This document shows positions 21,694 to 35,400 of a DNA stretch of 64,000 nt, piece after piece; positions within the stretch are counted from its first letter, which is position 1, and every line of letters starts with the position of its first letter. The DNA comes from a plasmid. The notes under the pieces were generated by a model. That model was not told where the DNA came from. It saw only the letters and a program-made list of their open reading frames with translations, and did no database searches. Position numbers and translations under genes: made by a program. The stretch is taken from the sequence record OW967251.1; one strand, written 5' to 3'.

Positions 21694-22602
21694 GTGACTA
21701 TGTTGGCATTTATCCGTTTTCTTTTTGCAGGCCTGCTGCTGGTGATCGGCCACGCCTTTGCCGCCACGGTTCAGGACGAACACGGCACGTTTACACTCGA
21801 TAAAACGCCACAACGGATTGTGGTGCTGGAACTCTCGTTCGCCGATGCGCTGGCCGCCGTGGACGTCAGCCCGATCGGTATTGCCGACGATAACGATGCA
21901 AAACGCATCCTGCCCGAAGTGCGTGCGCACCTGAAACCGTGGCAGTCCGTCGGAACGCGCGCGCAGCCGAGCCTGGAAGCCATTGCTGCCCTGAAACCAG
22001 ACCTGATCATTGCCGACAGCAGTCGCCATGCGGGGATTTACACCGCCTTGCAGCAAATCGCGCCGGTACTGCTGCTTAAGTCCCGCAACGAAACCTACGC
22101 TGAAAATTTGCACTCAGCGGCTATCATCGGCGAAGTGGTAGGTAAAAAACGAGAGATGCAGGCGCGTCTGGAACAACATAAAGAGAAGATGGCGCAGTGG
22201 GCCAGCCAGCTTCCCACAGGGACACGCGTGGCCTTTGGCACATCACGCGAACAGCTATTCAACCTGCATACCCAGGAGACCTGGACCGGCAGCGTGCTGG
22301 CTTCTCTGGGGCTGAACGTTCCCGCTGCGATGGCGGGCGCGTCCATGCCGTCCATCGGCCTGGAGCAACTGCTGGCGGTCAATCCTGCCTGGCTGCTGGT
22401 TGCCCACTATCGCGAAGAGAGCATTGTTAAACGCTGGCAACAAGATCCGCTCTGGCAGATATTAACCGCCGCGCAGAAGCAGCAGGTTGCTTCAGTCGAC
22501 AGTAACGCCTGGGCGCGGATGCGCGGTATTTTTGCCGCAGAGCGTATTGCCGCTGACACGGTAAAAATCTTCCACCATCAGCCGCTTACCGATGTGAAAT
22601 GA
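21694..22602 (+). CDS. fecB: Periplasmic ferric-citrate binding protein FecB
   Basis: 302 aa. Matches E. coli FecB (start MTMLAFIRF/MLAFIRF). Confidence 0.9.
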   Translation: MTMLAFIRFLFAGLLLVIGHAFAATVQDEHGTFTLDKTPQRIVVLELSFADALAAVDVSPIGIADDNDAKRILPEVRAHLKPWQSVGTRAQPSLEAIAALKPDLIIADSSRHAGIYTALQQIAPVLLLKSRNETYAENLHSAAIIGEVVGKKREMQARLEQHKEKMAQWASQLPTGTRVAFGTSREQLFNLHTQETWTGSVLASLGLNVPAAMAGASMPSIGLEQLLAVNPAWLLVAHYREESIVKRWQQDPLWQILTAAQKQQVASVDSNAWARMRGIFAAERIAADTVKIFHHQPLTDVK

Positions 22603-23597
22603 CCGCGCTAAAACACCCGGTGCTGCTGTGGGGGCTTCCCGTTGCAGTACTTATTATTATTTTCTGGCTGAGTCTGTTTTGCTACTCGGCCATTCCTGTT
22701 TCCGGAGCAGACGCAATCCGCGCCCTGCTGCCTGGACACACGCCAACGCTACCAGAAGCGCTGGTGCAAAACCTTCGTTTGCCGCGAAGCCTGGTCGCCG
22801 TTCTGATCGGCGCAAGCCTGGCGCTCGCGGGCACGCTGCTGCAAACCCTGACCCACAACCCAATGGCCTCTCCTTCACTGCTCGGCATTAACAGCGGCGC
22901 GGCGCTGGCTATGGCGCTTACCAGCGCGCTGAGTCCGACGCCGGTTGCAGGCTATTCCCTGTCGTTCATCGCGGCATGCGGGGGCGGCGTGAGCTGGCTG
23001 CTGGTCATGACCGCAGGAGGCGGGTTTCGTCATACCCAGGACAGAAACAAACTGATCCTCGCGGGTATCGCGCTGTCGGCCTTTTGTATGGCCCTGACCC
23101 GCATCACCCTACTGCTGGCCGAAGATCATGCTTACGGCATCTTTTACTGGCTGGCAGGCGGAGTGTCCCACGCCCACTGGCAGGATGTCTGGCAGCTCTT
23201 GCCGGTGGTGGTCACTGCAGTCCCTGTCGTGTTGCTGCTGGCGAATCAACTGAACCTGCTCAACGTCAGCGACAGTACCGCCCATACGCTGGGAGTGAAC
23301 CTGCCGAGACTACGTTTGATCATCAATATGTTAGTGCTGCTTCTGGTTGGCGCGTGCGTCAGTGTGGCAGGTCCGGTGGCGTTTATCGGCCTGCTGGTGC
23401 CACATCTGGCGCGCTTCTGGGCAGGCTTCGATCAGCGCAACGTACTGCCGGTGAGCATGCTGCTGGGGGCCACGCTGATGCTGATGGCAGATGTACTCGC
23501 ACGCGCGCTGGCCTTCCCCGGCGATCTGCCCGCAGGCGCAGTGCTGGCGCTGATTGGCAGTCCTTGCTTTGTCTGGCTGGTGAGGAGGCGAGGATGA
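22599..23597 (+). CDS. fecC: ABC permease FecC
   Basis: 332 aa FecCD-family permease. Confidence 0.9.
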   Translation: MTALKHPVLLWGLPVAVLIIIFWLSLFCYSAIPVSGADAIRALLPGHTPTLPEALVQNLRLPRSLVAVLIGASLALAGTLLQTLTHNPMASPSLLGINSGAALAMALTSALSPTPVAGYSLSFIAACGGGVSWLLVMTAGGGFRHTQDRNKLILAGIALSAFCMALTRITLLLAEDHAYGIFYWLAGGVSHAHWQDVWQLLPVVVTAVPVVLLLANQLNLLNVSDSTAHTLGVNLPRLRLIINMLVLLLVGACVSVAGPVAFIGLLVPHLARFWAGFDQRNVLPVSMLLGATLMLMADVLARALAFPGDLPAGAVLALIGSPCFVWLVRRRG

Positions 23598-24550
23598 AAA
23601 TTGCGCTGGTCATTTCCATCACCCTTGCCCTGGCAGGCTGTGCGCTGTTATCACTCCATATGGGGGTGATCCCCGTGCCGTGGCGCGCGCTGCTGACCGA
23701 CTGGCAGGACGGACGCGAGCATTATTATGTATTGATGGAGTACCGACTGCCGCGCTTGCTGCTGGCACTGTTTGTCGGTGCAGCCCTCGCCGTGGCGGGC
23801 GTGCTGGTACAGGGGATTGTGCGTAACCCGCTAGCATCACCGGATATTCTCGGCATTAACCATGCCGCCAGCCTTGCCTCTGTGGGAGCACTGCTTCTTA
23901 TGCCATCACTATCCGTGATGGTGCTGCCGCTGCTGGCCTTTGCGGGCGGTATGGCGGGGTTGATCTTGCTGAAGATGCTGGCAAAGACCCACCAGCCGAT
24001 GAAGCTGGCGCTCACCGGCGTGGCGCTTTCCGCCTGCTGGGCGAGCCTGACGGATTACCTGATGCTCCTGCACCCGCAGGATGTAAACAGTGCCCTGCTG
24101 TGGCTGACGGGTAGCTTATGGGGGCGCGACTGGCACTTTGTGAAGATTGCCGTGCCGTTGCTCATTCTGTTTTTGCCGCTGAGCCTGCGCTTTTGTCGCG
24201 ATCTCGACCTGCTGGCGCTGGGCGATGCACGAGCAGCCACGCTCGGCGTGTCGGTTCAGCGCACCCGGTTCCAGGGGCTGATGCTGGCTGTCGCGATGAC
24301 AGCAACCGGCGTGGCCGTCTGTGGCCCGATAAGTTTTATTGGTCTCGTCGTGCCGCACATGGTGCGCAGGATCGCCGGCGGGCGTCACCGCTGGCTGATG
24401 CCCGTTTCGGCCCTGACGGGCGCGTTGTTGCTGGTCATTGCCGATCTGCTGGCACGAATCATTCATCCGCCGCTGGAGCTTCCGGCAGGCGTGCTGACCG
24501 CCATTATCGGCGCACCGTGGTTTGTCTGGCTGCTTGTGAGAATGCGATAA
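23594..24550 (+). CDS. fecD: ABC permease FecD
   Basis: The true start is MKIALVISITLALAG at 23594, overlapping the fecC stop. The longer ORF in the track is an out-of-frame N-terminal extension. Confidence 0.9.
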   Translation: MKIALVISITLALAGCALLSLHMGVIPVPWRALLTDWQDGREHYYVLMEYRLPRLLLALFVGAALAVAGVLVQGIVRNPLASPDILGINHAASLASVGALLLMPSLSVMVLPLLAFAGGMAGLILLKMLAKTHQPMKLALTGVALSACWASLTDYLMLLHPQDVNSALLWLTGSLWGRDWHFVKIAVPLLILFLPLSLRFCRDLDLLALGDARAATLGVSVQRTRFQGLMLAVAMTATGVAVCGPISFIGLVVPHMVRRIAGGRHRWLMPVSALTGALLLVIADLLARIIHPPLELPAGVLTAIIGAPWFVWLLVRMR

Positions 24551-25318
24551 ATGAGATTACGTACTGAAAATCTGACCGTCAGCTATGGCGCACAAACCGT
24601 GCTGGATGGACTTTCTCTCGCCCTGCCTGCCGGAAAAATCACGGCCCTGCTCGGCCCTAACGGTTGCGGGAAATCGACGCTGTTGAACTGTTTTTCTCGC
24701 CTGTTAACACCAGACTCTGGCGAGATATTGCTTGATGAAAAACCCATAGCCGGTTTTTCCGCCCGCCAGCTGGCTCGCCGCCTGGCTTTACTGCCGCAAC
24801 ACCATTTATCCCCCGAGGGGATCACTGTACGGGAACTGGTTTCCTACGGCCGCAGCCCGTGGCTGTCGTTGTGGGGGCGACTCTCCGCGGAAGACAACGA
24901 GCGGGTCAACGTGGCAATGAGTCAGACCCGGACGCGCAATCTGGCTGACCGCAGGTTAACCCAGCTTTCCGGCGGCCAGCGCCAGCGTGCGTTTCTGGCG
25001 ATGGTGCTGGCACAGGATACCCCACTCATTCTTCTTGATGAGCCTACGACCTACCTCGATATCAATCATCAGGTTGAACTGATGCGCCTGATGGTTGAAC
25101 TCAAAAGGCAGGGGAAAACCGTAGTGACGGTACTCCACGATCTGAATCAGGCCAGCCGCTATTGCGATCATCTGGTGGTACTGGCAAGCGGTCGCGTGAT
25201 GGCGCAAGGTGCTCCGGAAGCAGTGATGAAACCAGAGCTTCTAAAGACGGTGTTCAGCGTAGAAGCGGAAATCCATCCCGAACCGGTATCTGGCAGACCC
25301 ATGTGTGTGGTGAAGTAG
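24551..25318 (+). CDS. fecE: ABC ATPase FecE
   Basis: 255 aa with Walker A (GPNGCGKST), LSGGQRQR and Walker B motifs. Confidence 0.95.
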   Translation: MRLRTENLTVSYGAQTVLDGLSLALPAGKITALLGPNGCGKSTLLNCFSRLLTPDSGEILLDEKPIAGFSARQLARRLALLPQHHLSPEGITVRELVSYGRSPWLSLWGRLSAEDNERVNVAMSQTRTRNLADRRLTQLSGGQRQRAFLAMVLAQDTPLILLDEPTTYLDINHQVELMRLMVELKRQGKTVVTVLHDLNQASRYCDHLVVLASGRVMAQGAPEAVMKPELLKTVFSVEAEIHPEPVSGRPMCVVK

Positions 25319-25329
25319 TCTGGCGAAGT

Positions 25330-26020
25330 CATAAGGATCATCACAGGACAGATAAAGGAAGTGATAACCACCTGCCAACAGGCACCAAAATCTGGCTGGT
25401 TGCCGGTATCACCGACATGCGCAACGGCTTCAATGGTCTCGCCGCAAAGGTGCAGACGATGCTGAAAGATGACCCGATGTCCGGCCATGTCTTCATCTTC
25501 CGGGGCCGCAGCGGCAGTAAGGTCAAACTGCTGTGGTCCACCGGCGACGGGCTGTGCCTGCTGACCAAACGGCTGGAACGCGGCCGCTTCGCCTGGCCCT
25601 CTGCCCGCGATGGCAAAGTGTTCCTGACCCCGGCGCAGCTGGCAATGCTTCTGGAAGGCATCGACTGGCGGCAGCCTAAAAGACTGCTTACGTCCCTGAC
25701 CATGTTGTAGGCCTCTTTATCCTGGTTGTCGTTGAATAAGCCTGGTAAAATGCGGGCTTATGAACAACACCTCCCCCTGACGACATCCTTCTGCTGAAAC
25801 AGCGCCTGTCCGAACAGGAAGCGCTGAACCGCGCCCTGCTGGAAAAGCAGGCCGACCGGGAGCGCGAAATAGACCATCTGCAGGCGCAGCTGGATAAGCT
25901 TCGCCGGATGAACTTCGGCAGTCGTTCTGAATAAATCTCCCGCCGCATCGCGCAGATAGAAGCCGACCTGAACCGGCTTCAGACAGAAAGCGATACGCTG
26001 ACGGGTCGGGTTGCCGATAC
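25330..26020 (+). mobile_element. Truncated IS66-family remnant (tnpB plus the first ~60 codons of tnpC), beginning right after the fecE stop
   Basis: The tnpB-like ORF (..IWLVAGITDMRNGFNGLAAKVQTMLKDDPMSGHVFIFRGRSGSKVKLLW..) is about 95% identical to the 4217-4564 copy. The tnpC-like reading frame is stopped by TAA at 25930. Confidence 0.8.
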
Positions 26021-26043
26021 GGGCCGGGCCCCGTATCGTTTTA

Positions 26044-26340
26044 ACCCTGAATATTCATCGCAGATATTGTTTCGGGTTTTCCGGTATACCAGCCCTGAAC
26101 TAGGTAACCGGGGCCAAGAGAACGGACGAATTCAAACTGTCCTGGCGTTTCCACCCCTTCAAACACCAGTGGTTTGCCAGTACCACGTAACCCTTTCACC
26201 ACAGAAACAAGTAGCGCTCGCTTCACCGGGTCATCAATATTGGCAATAAAAATACGGTCTATTTTTATCTCATCGAAATCCAGTACCGTCAGCCATTCAA
26301 TATGGGGGCCGCTTGGAAAACGGAAAATATCCTACGTTAA
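26044..26340 (-). pseudogene. 3' fragment of an EAL-domain (c-di-GMP phosphodiesterase) gene
   Basis: The minus-strand translation ..DFDEIKIDRIFIANIDDPVKRALLVSVVKGLRGTGKPLVFEGVETPGQFEFVRSLG..YLVQGWYTGKPE resembles an EAL C-terminal region. No N-terminal part is present. Confidence 0.5.
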
Positions 26341-26661
26341 GCCTGTTTTTTGAGCTGGCATGACGGGCAGCTATGAGCGAAGTATAGTCATTCGCCCTAT
26401 CTCTTTTGTCGCACTTTCAACAAGGGGGTCGCTTGGAAAGCGGAACGAGGTCAGTCTCCGCCCGGACTGCTCAGCTCTTTAAACAGCAAAAGAGAGGCAT
26501 CTTATGAGAAGGGATTATTCAGTATGTCAGGGCAGACTGCTTTTTCATCCGCAGGTACTGAGGGTAAATGCTCAATTCCGGTACGATTCTTACTCTATAG
26601 CCAGACAGAATTCAGCATTGTGCTGAACCCGAATCTTTTTTTACTCTGACAGGCCTGTTCA

Positions 26662-27672
26662 TCAGAACCCTGAAAAAACAATTTTCCCGTTCACATTTTT
26701 ATTTTCCATGTCCTCATGAGCCCGGCGAAGTGCTTTAGCATTCAGCCTGCCATACTCTGCCAGCAACGGAGGTTTGAGCTTACCGGAATCCAGCATGCAT
26801 GAGAGTTTGTTAAGAATATCATGCTGTTTAGACATGTCCGCAGTAGCATGCATGGGGCGGGTAAACATTGCCTCCCAGTGAACAGAAACGCTCTTAAATT
26901 TGATCAAACGCAGATCCAGTGGTTCAGGGTCGTCGATGAGTCCGATACGGCCTTGTGGGGCAATAATTTCGGCCATATTTTCCCAGGCAGATGGCGTGGT
27001 GTACGTTGAGAAAATCCGGGTAATGGGAGGGAGTCCAGCAAGGCTGGCAACCTGTGGCGCAAGCGCACATGAATGATCCAGGACATAATGCGCACCAAAC
27101 CCGCGAACCGCTCTGACACTCTCCTGCCGGGAGGCAGTCCCGATGATGTTCACCCGACTCAGAGTGCGGGCAAGCTGTATAGCCATACAAGGGACTCCGC
27201 CCGCACCGCCAAGCATCAACAGGGTCTGATCAGCATCTCCGTTCACTGACAACTGCAGACGATCAAATAACATTTCCCAGGCTGTCAGACCGGTCAGAGG
27301 AACCGACGCTGCAGCTTCAAAACTTAGTGCTGCCGGCTTTATCCCCGTAATGCGTTCGTCAACCAGCTGAAACTCTGCGTTGGCTCCCTGGCGATCGAGC
27401 ACACCGGCATAGAAAACGTGGTCACCTGGCCTGAACAGCGTCACATCTGGTCCGGTTGCTTCAACAACACCGGAAGCGTCGTATCCCATAACTACCGGAT
27501 TGCCTGCAGAGGGACTGATGTTTCGCCGGCTTTTCAGGTCCCGTGGGTTAACCGCGACCGCCCTGACTCTGATCAAAAGATCACGCCCCTTGGGCATGGA
27601 TGGGTGGGGAAGCGACAAATCTTCAATAACGGATGTACTTTCCCCGGGTTGCCAGAAACCAACGGCTTTCAT
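26662..27672 (-). CDS. Zinc-type alcohol dehydrogenase / quinone oxidoreductase family protein (MDR superfamily)
   Basis: 336 aa with a GroES-like N-terminal domain and a Rossmann GxGxxG-like motif (LMLGGAGGVP). Confidence 0.75.
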   Translation of the reverse strand: MKAVGFWQPGESTSVIEDLSLPHPSMPKGRDLLIRVRAVAVNPRDLKSRRNISPSAGNPVVMGYDASGVVEATGPDVTLFRPGDHVFYAGVLDRQGANAEFQLVDERITGIKPAALSFEAAASVPLTGLTAWEMLFDRLQLSVNGDADQTLLMLGGAGGVPCMAIQLARTLSRVNIIGTASRQESVRAVRGFGAHYVLDHSCALAPQVASLAGLPPITRIFSTYTTPSAWENMAEIIAPQGRIGLIDDPEPLDLRLIKFKSVSVHWEAMFTRPMHATADMSKQHDILNKLSCMLDSGKLKPPLLAEYGRLNAKALRRAHEDMENKNVNGKIVFSGF

Positions 27673-28132
27673 TCTGTCTCCTTAAAAAGGTCAGTCACCA
27701 GATAAATAAATGTAAAAGTGTGCGGAACGCGATACCCGCCAGTGCCCCCGGCAGTGCAAATCGAAAAATACGCAGAAAGCGGGCGCTGATGCCCATGAAT
27801 ATACCAATGCCCGGCAAATCAAAACTGTTGATGAGAAATCCGGCTGAGCGGTTAATTTCGTTAACGGTCAGGTTACCGCTATGGATAAGGTCAGTCGGTA
27901 ATGCTGTCAACCTGTTGATGACTATTTTAATCTGTAGTCATTCAATCCTTGTAACATCAGGATGATCCTGGTGTCAGTGAAAATACGAAATCAACACGTT
28001 GGTATCATTACCCACCTGTGAACTGACGTCGGCATTTTGAATCTCACTTCGGCGTGCCCCCTCCGAATGGCGCAAAACATTTCGTGGTATGGCATGATAG
28101 CACCCGAAGAGAGTCAATTCAGGGTGGTAAAT

Positions 28133-29215
28133 GTGAAACCAGTAACGCTATACGATGTCGCAGAGTATGCCGGTGTCTCTTATCAGACCGTTTCCCGCGT
28201 GGTGAACCAGGCCAGCCACGTCTCTGCGAAAACGCGGGAAAAGGTGGAAGCGGCGATGGCGCAGCTGAACTACATTCCCAACCGCGTGGCACAACAACTG
28301 GCGGGCAAACAGTCGTTGCTGATTGGCGTTGCTACCTCCAGTCTGGCCCTGCACGCGCCGTCGCAAATTGTCGCGGCGATTAAATCTCGCGCCGATCAAC
28401 TGGGTGCCAGCGTGGTGGTGTCGATGGTAGAACGAAGCAGCGTCGAAGCCTGTAAAGCGGCGGTACATAACCTTCTCGCGCAACGCGTCAGTGGTCTGAT
28501 CATTAACTATCCGCTGGATGACGAGGATGCCATTGCTGTGGAAGCTGCCTGCGCTAATGTTCCGGCCCTATTTCTTGATGTCTCTGACCAGACTCCCATC
28601 AACAGTATTATTTTTTCCCATGAAGACGGTACGCGACTGGGCGTGGAGCATCTGATCGCATTGGGTCACCAGCAAATCGCGTTGTTAGCCGGTCCATTAA
28701 GTTCTGTCTCGGCGCGTCTGCGTCTGGCGGACTGGCATAAATATCTCACACGCAATCAAATTCATCCGATAGCGGAACGGGAAGGCGACTGGAGTGCCAT
28801 GTCCGGTTTTCAACAAACTATGCAAATGCTGAATGAGGGCATCGTTCCCACTGCGATGCTGGTTGCCAACGATCAGATGGCGCTGGGCGCAATGCGCGCT
28901 ATTACCGAGTCCGGGCTGCGCGTTGGTGCGGATATCTCGGTAGTGGGATACGACGATACCGAAGACAGCTCGTGTTATATCCCGCCGTTAACCACCATCA
29001 AACAGGATTTTCGCCTGCTGGGGAAAACTAGCGTGGACCGCTTGCTGAAACTCTCTCAGGGCCAGGCGGTGAAGAGCAATCAGCTGTTGCCCGTCTCACT
29101 GGTGAAAAGAAAAACCACCCTACCGCCCAATACGCAAACCACCTCTCCCCGCACGTTGGCAGATTCCTTAATGCAGCTGGCACGACAAGTTTCCCGACTT
29201 GAAAGCGGGCAGTGA
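28133..29215 (+). CDS. lacI: Lactose operon repressor LacI
   Basis: The GTG start is in the same context as E. coli (ggtggtaaatGTGaaaccagtaacg). The protein is about 95% identical to E. coli LacI. The longer track ORF is an N-terminal artefact. Confidence 0.95.
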   Translation: MKPVTLYDVAEYAGVSYQTVSRVVNQASHVSAKTREKVEAAMAQLNYIPNRVAQQLAGKQSLLIGVATSSLALHAPSQIVAAIKSRADQLGASVVVSMVERSSVEACKAAVHNLLAQRVSGLIINYPLDDEDAIAVEAACANVPALFLDVSDQTPINSIIFSHEDGTRLGVEHLIALGHQQIALLAGPLSSVSARLRLADWHKYLTRNQIHPIAEREGDWSAMSGFQQTMQMLNEGIVPTAMLVANDQMALGAMRAITESGLRVGADISVVGYDDTEDSSCYIPPLTTIKQDFRLLGKTSVDRLLKLSQGQAVKSNQLLPVSLVKRKTTLPPNTQTTSPRTLADSLMQLARQVSRLESGQ

Positions 29216-29221
29216 GCGCAA

Positions 29222-32411
<3,190 letters not shown>

Positions 32412-32417
32412 TAATAA

Positions 32418-33716
<1,299 letters not shown>

Positions 33717-33775
33717 GAAATTAATGTCGGATACGGCGCGAGCGCCTTATCCGACCAACTTATCAGGACGGAATG

Positions 33776-34827
33776 GGCTTTGTTGAATAAATCGAACTTT
33801 TGCTGAGTTGAAGGATCAGATCACGTATCTTCCCGACAACGCAGACCGTTCCGTGGCAAAGCAAAAGTTCAAAATCACCAACTGGCCCACCTACAATAAA
33901 GCCCTCATCAACCGTGGCTCCATAACTTTCTGGCTGGATGATGAAGCTATTCAGGCCTGGTATGAGTCAGCAACACCTTCTTCACGAGGCAGACCTCAGC
34001 GCTATTCTGACCTTGCCATCACGACTGTGCTGGTCATTAAACGCGTATTCAGGCTGACCCTGCGCGCTGCGCAGGGCTTTATTGATTCCATTTTTTCTCT
34101 GATGAACGTTCCGCTACGCTGCCCGGATTACAGCTGTGTCAGCAGGCGGGCAAAGTCGGTTAATGTCAGTTTCAAAACGCCCACCCGGGGTGAAATCGCA
34201 CACCTGGTAATTGATTCCACCGGGATGAAGGTCTTCGGTGAAGGCGAGTGGAAAGTCAAAAAGCATGGCCAGGAACGCCGCCGTATCTGGCGTAAGCTGC
34301 ATCTCGCCGTTGACAGTAAAACACATGAAATCATCTGCGCTGACCTGTCGCTGAACAACGTTACGGACTCAGAGGCCTTCCCCGGGTCTTATCCGGCAGA
34401 CTCACAGAAAAATCAGGGCAGCATCGGCAGACGGCGCTTACGACACCCGGCTCTGTCACGATGAACTGCGGCGTAAGAAAATCAGCGCGCTTATCCCACC
34501 CCGAAAAGGTGCGGGTTACTGGCCCGGTGAATATGCAGACCGTAACCGTGCAGTGGCTAATCAGCGAATGACCGGGAGTAATGCGCGGTGGAAATGGACA
34601 ACAGATTACAACCGTCGCTCGATAGCGGAAACGGCGATGTACCGGGTAAAACAGCTGTTCGGGGGTTCACTGACGCTGCGTGACTACGATGGTCAGGTTG
34701 CGGAGGCTATGGCCCTGGTACGAGCGCTGAACAAAATGACGAAAGCAAGTATGCCTGAAAGCGTGCGTATTGCCTGAAAACACAACCCGCTACGGGGGAG
34801 ACTTACCCGAAATCTGATTTATTCAAC
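33776..34827 (+). mobile_element. IS903-like (IS5 family) insertion sequence with 18-bp IRs, inserted 60 bp after lacY where lacA would be
   Basis: The left IR is ggctttgttgaataaatcgaac at 33776. The right IR is cggctttgttgaataaatcagatttcg (reverse complement) at 34800-34827. The element is about 1052 bp. Confidence 0.85.
33808..34777 (+). pseudogene. IS903-type transposase, interrupted by a frameshift (33808-34464 and 34553-34777)
   Basis: An intact IS903 transposase is a single ~307 aa ORF. Here the reading frame breaks near 34440-34550. Confidence 0.6.
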
Positions 34828-35400
34828 AAAGCCGTCTGTCGTTTCCACTAGTCCTCCTATGGCATATAACAGTGCGTTATACCGGTCCCGCAAGGTCGGC
34901 TTCCTTGCAAGCCAGATTACCTTGTAAGGTCAGAAAGTCCAATGACAGCTTTATGTACGAAGCAGTCATTGAGCTACTACGTATAAATGACCGCTCCTGG
35001 CCTACAGCAGACAAGCTTAGGATGCTGAAGGTCTGCTGAGAGCGATAAACGGAAATTCGAGACGGTATAGTCTCTAAAAGCTTCCCTGCCATAAAGTTGC
35101 CGAGATTCTCAGCGAATAGGTAAGTATCATCATACAGTGGTCAGATGTGCATCCGCAGTACATTTGCTCGCATGTTAACGTAGCAGTAGTACAACATCAT
35201 TTAGAGACGAATCGCCTAACAGGTTTTAACACCTTAAAATTTCACTGCTGGTTAAACACATTATTAAATGATTTTTATCATTTAAATCATTGGGTTAATT
35301 TTAATTGTGATTTGCTTTTAACCCTCGCAATTTAGAAGTATTATTTTGAGATTAATCCACTTGCCCTGCCTTCATCACTGCTTGTAAATATGCGTGAAGA

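Noticed and set aside
22976-23593. N-terminal 200 aa of the 524-aa ORF annotated in the track before fecD
   Set aside because: It is out of frame and overlaps fecC. The real fecD starts at the ATG at 23594 (MKIALVIS...) with an ATGA overlap to fecC.
28037-28132. N-terminal extension of lacI in the ORF track (MNLTSACPLRMAQN...)
   Set aside because: lacI begins at the conserved GTG at 28133 downstream of its own promoter. The extension reads through the lacI promoter.
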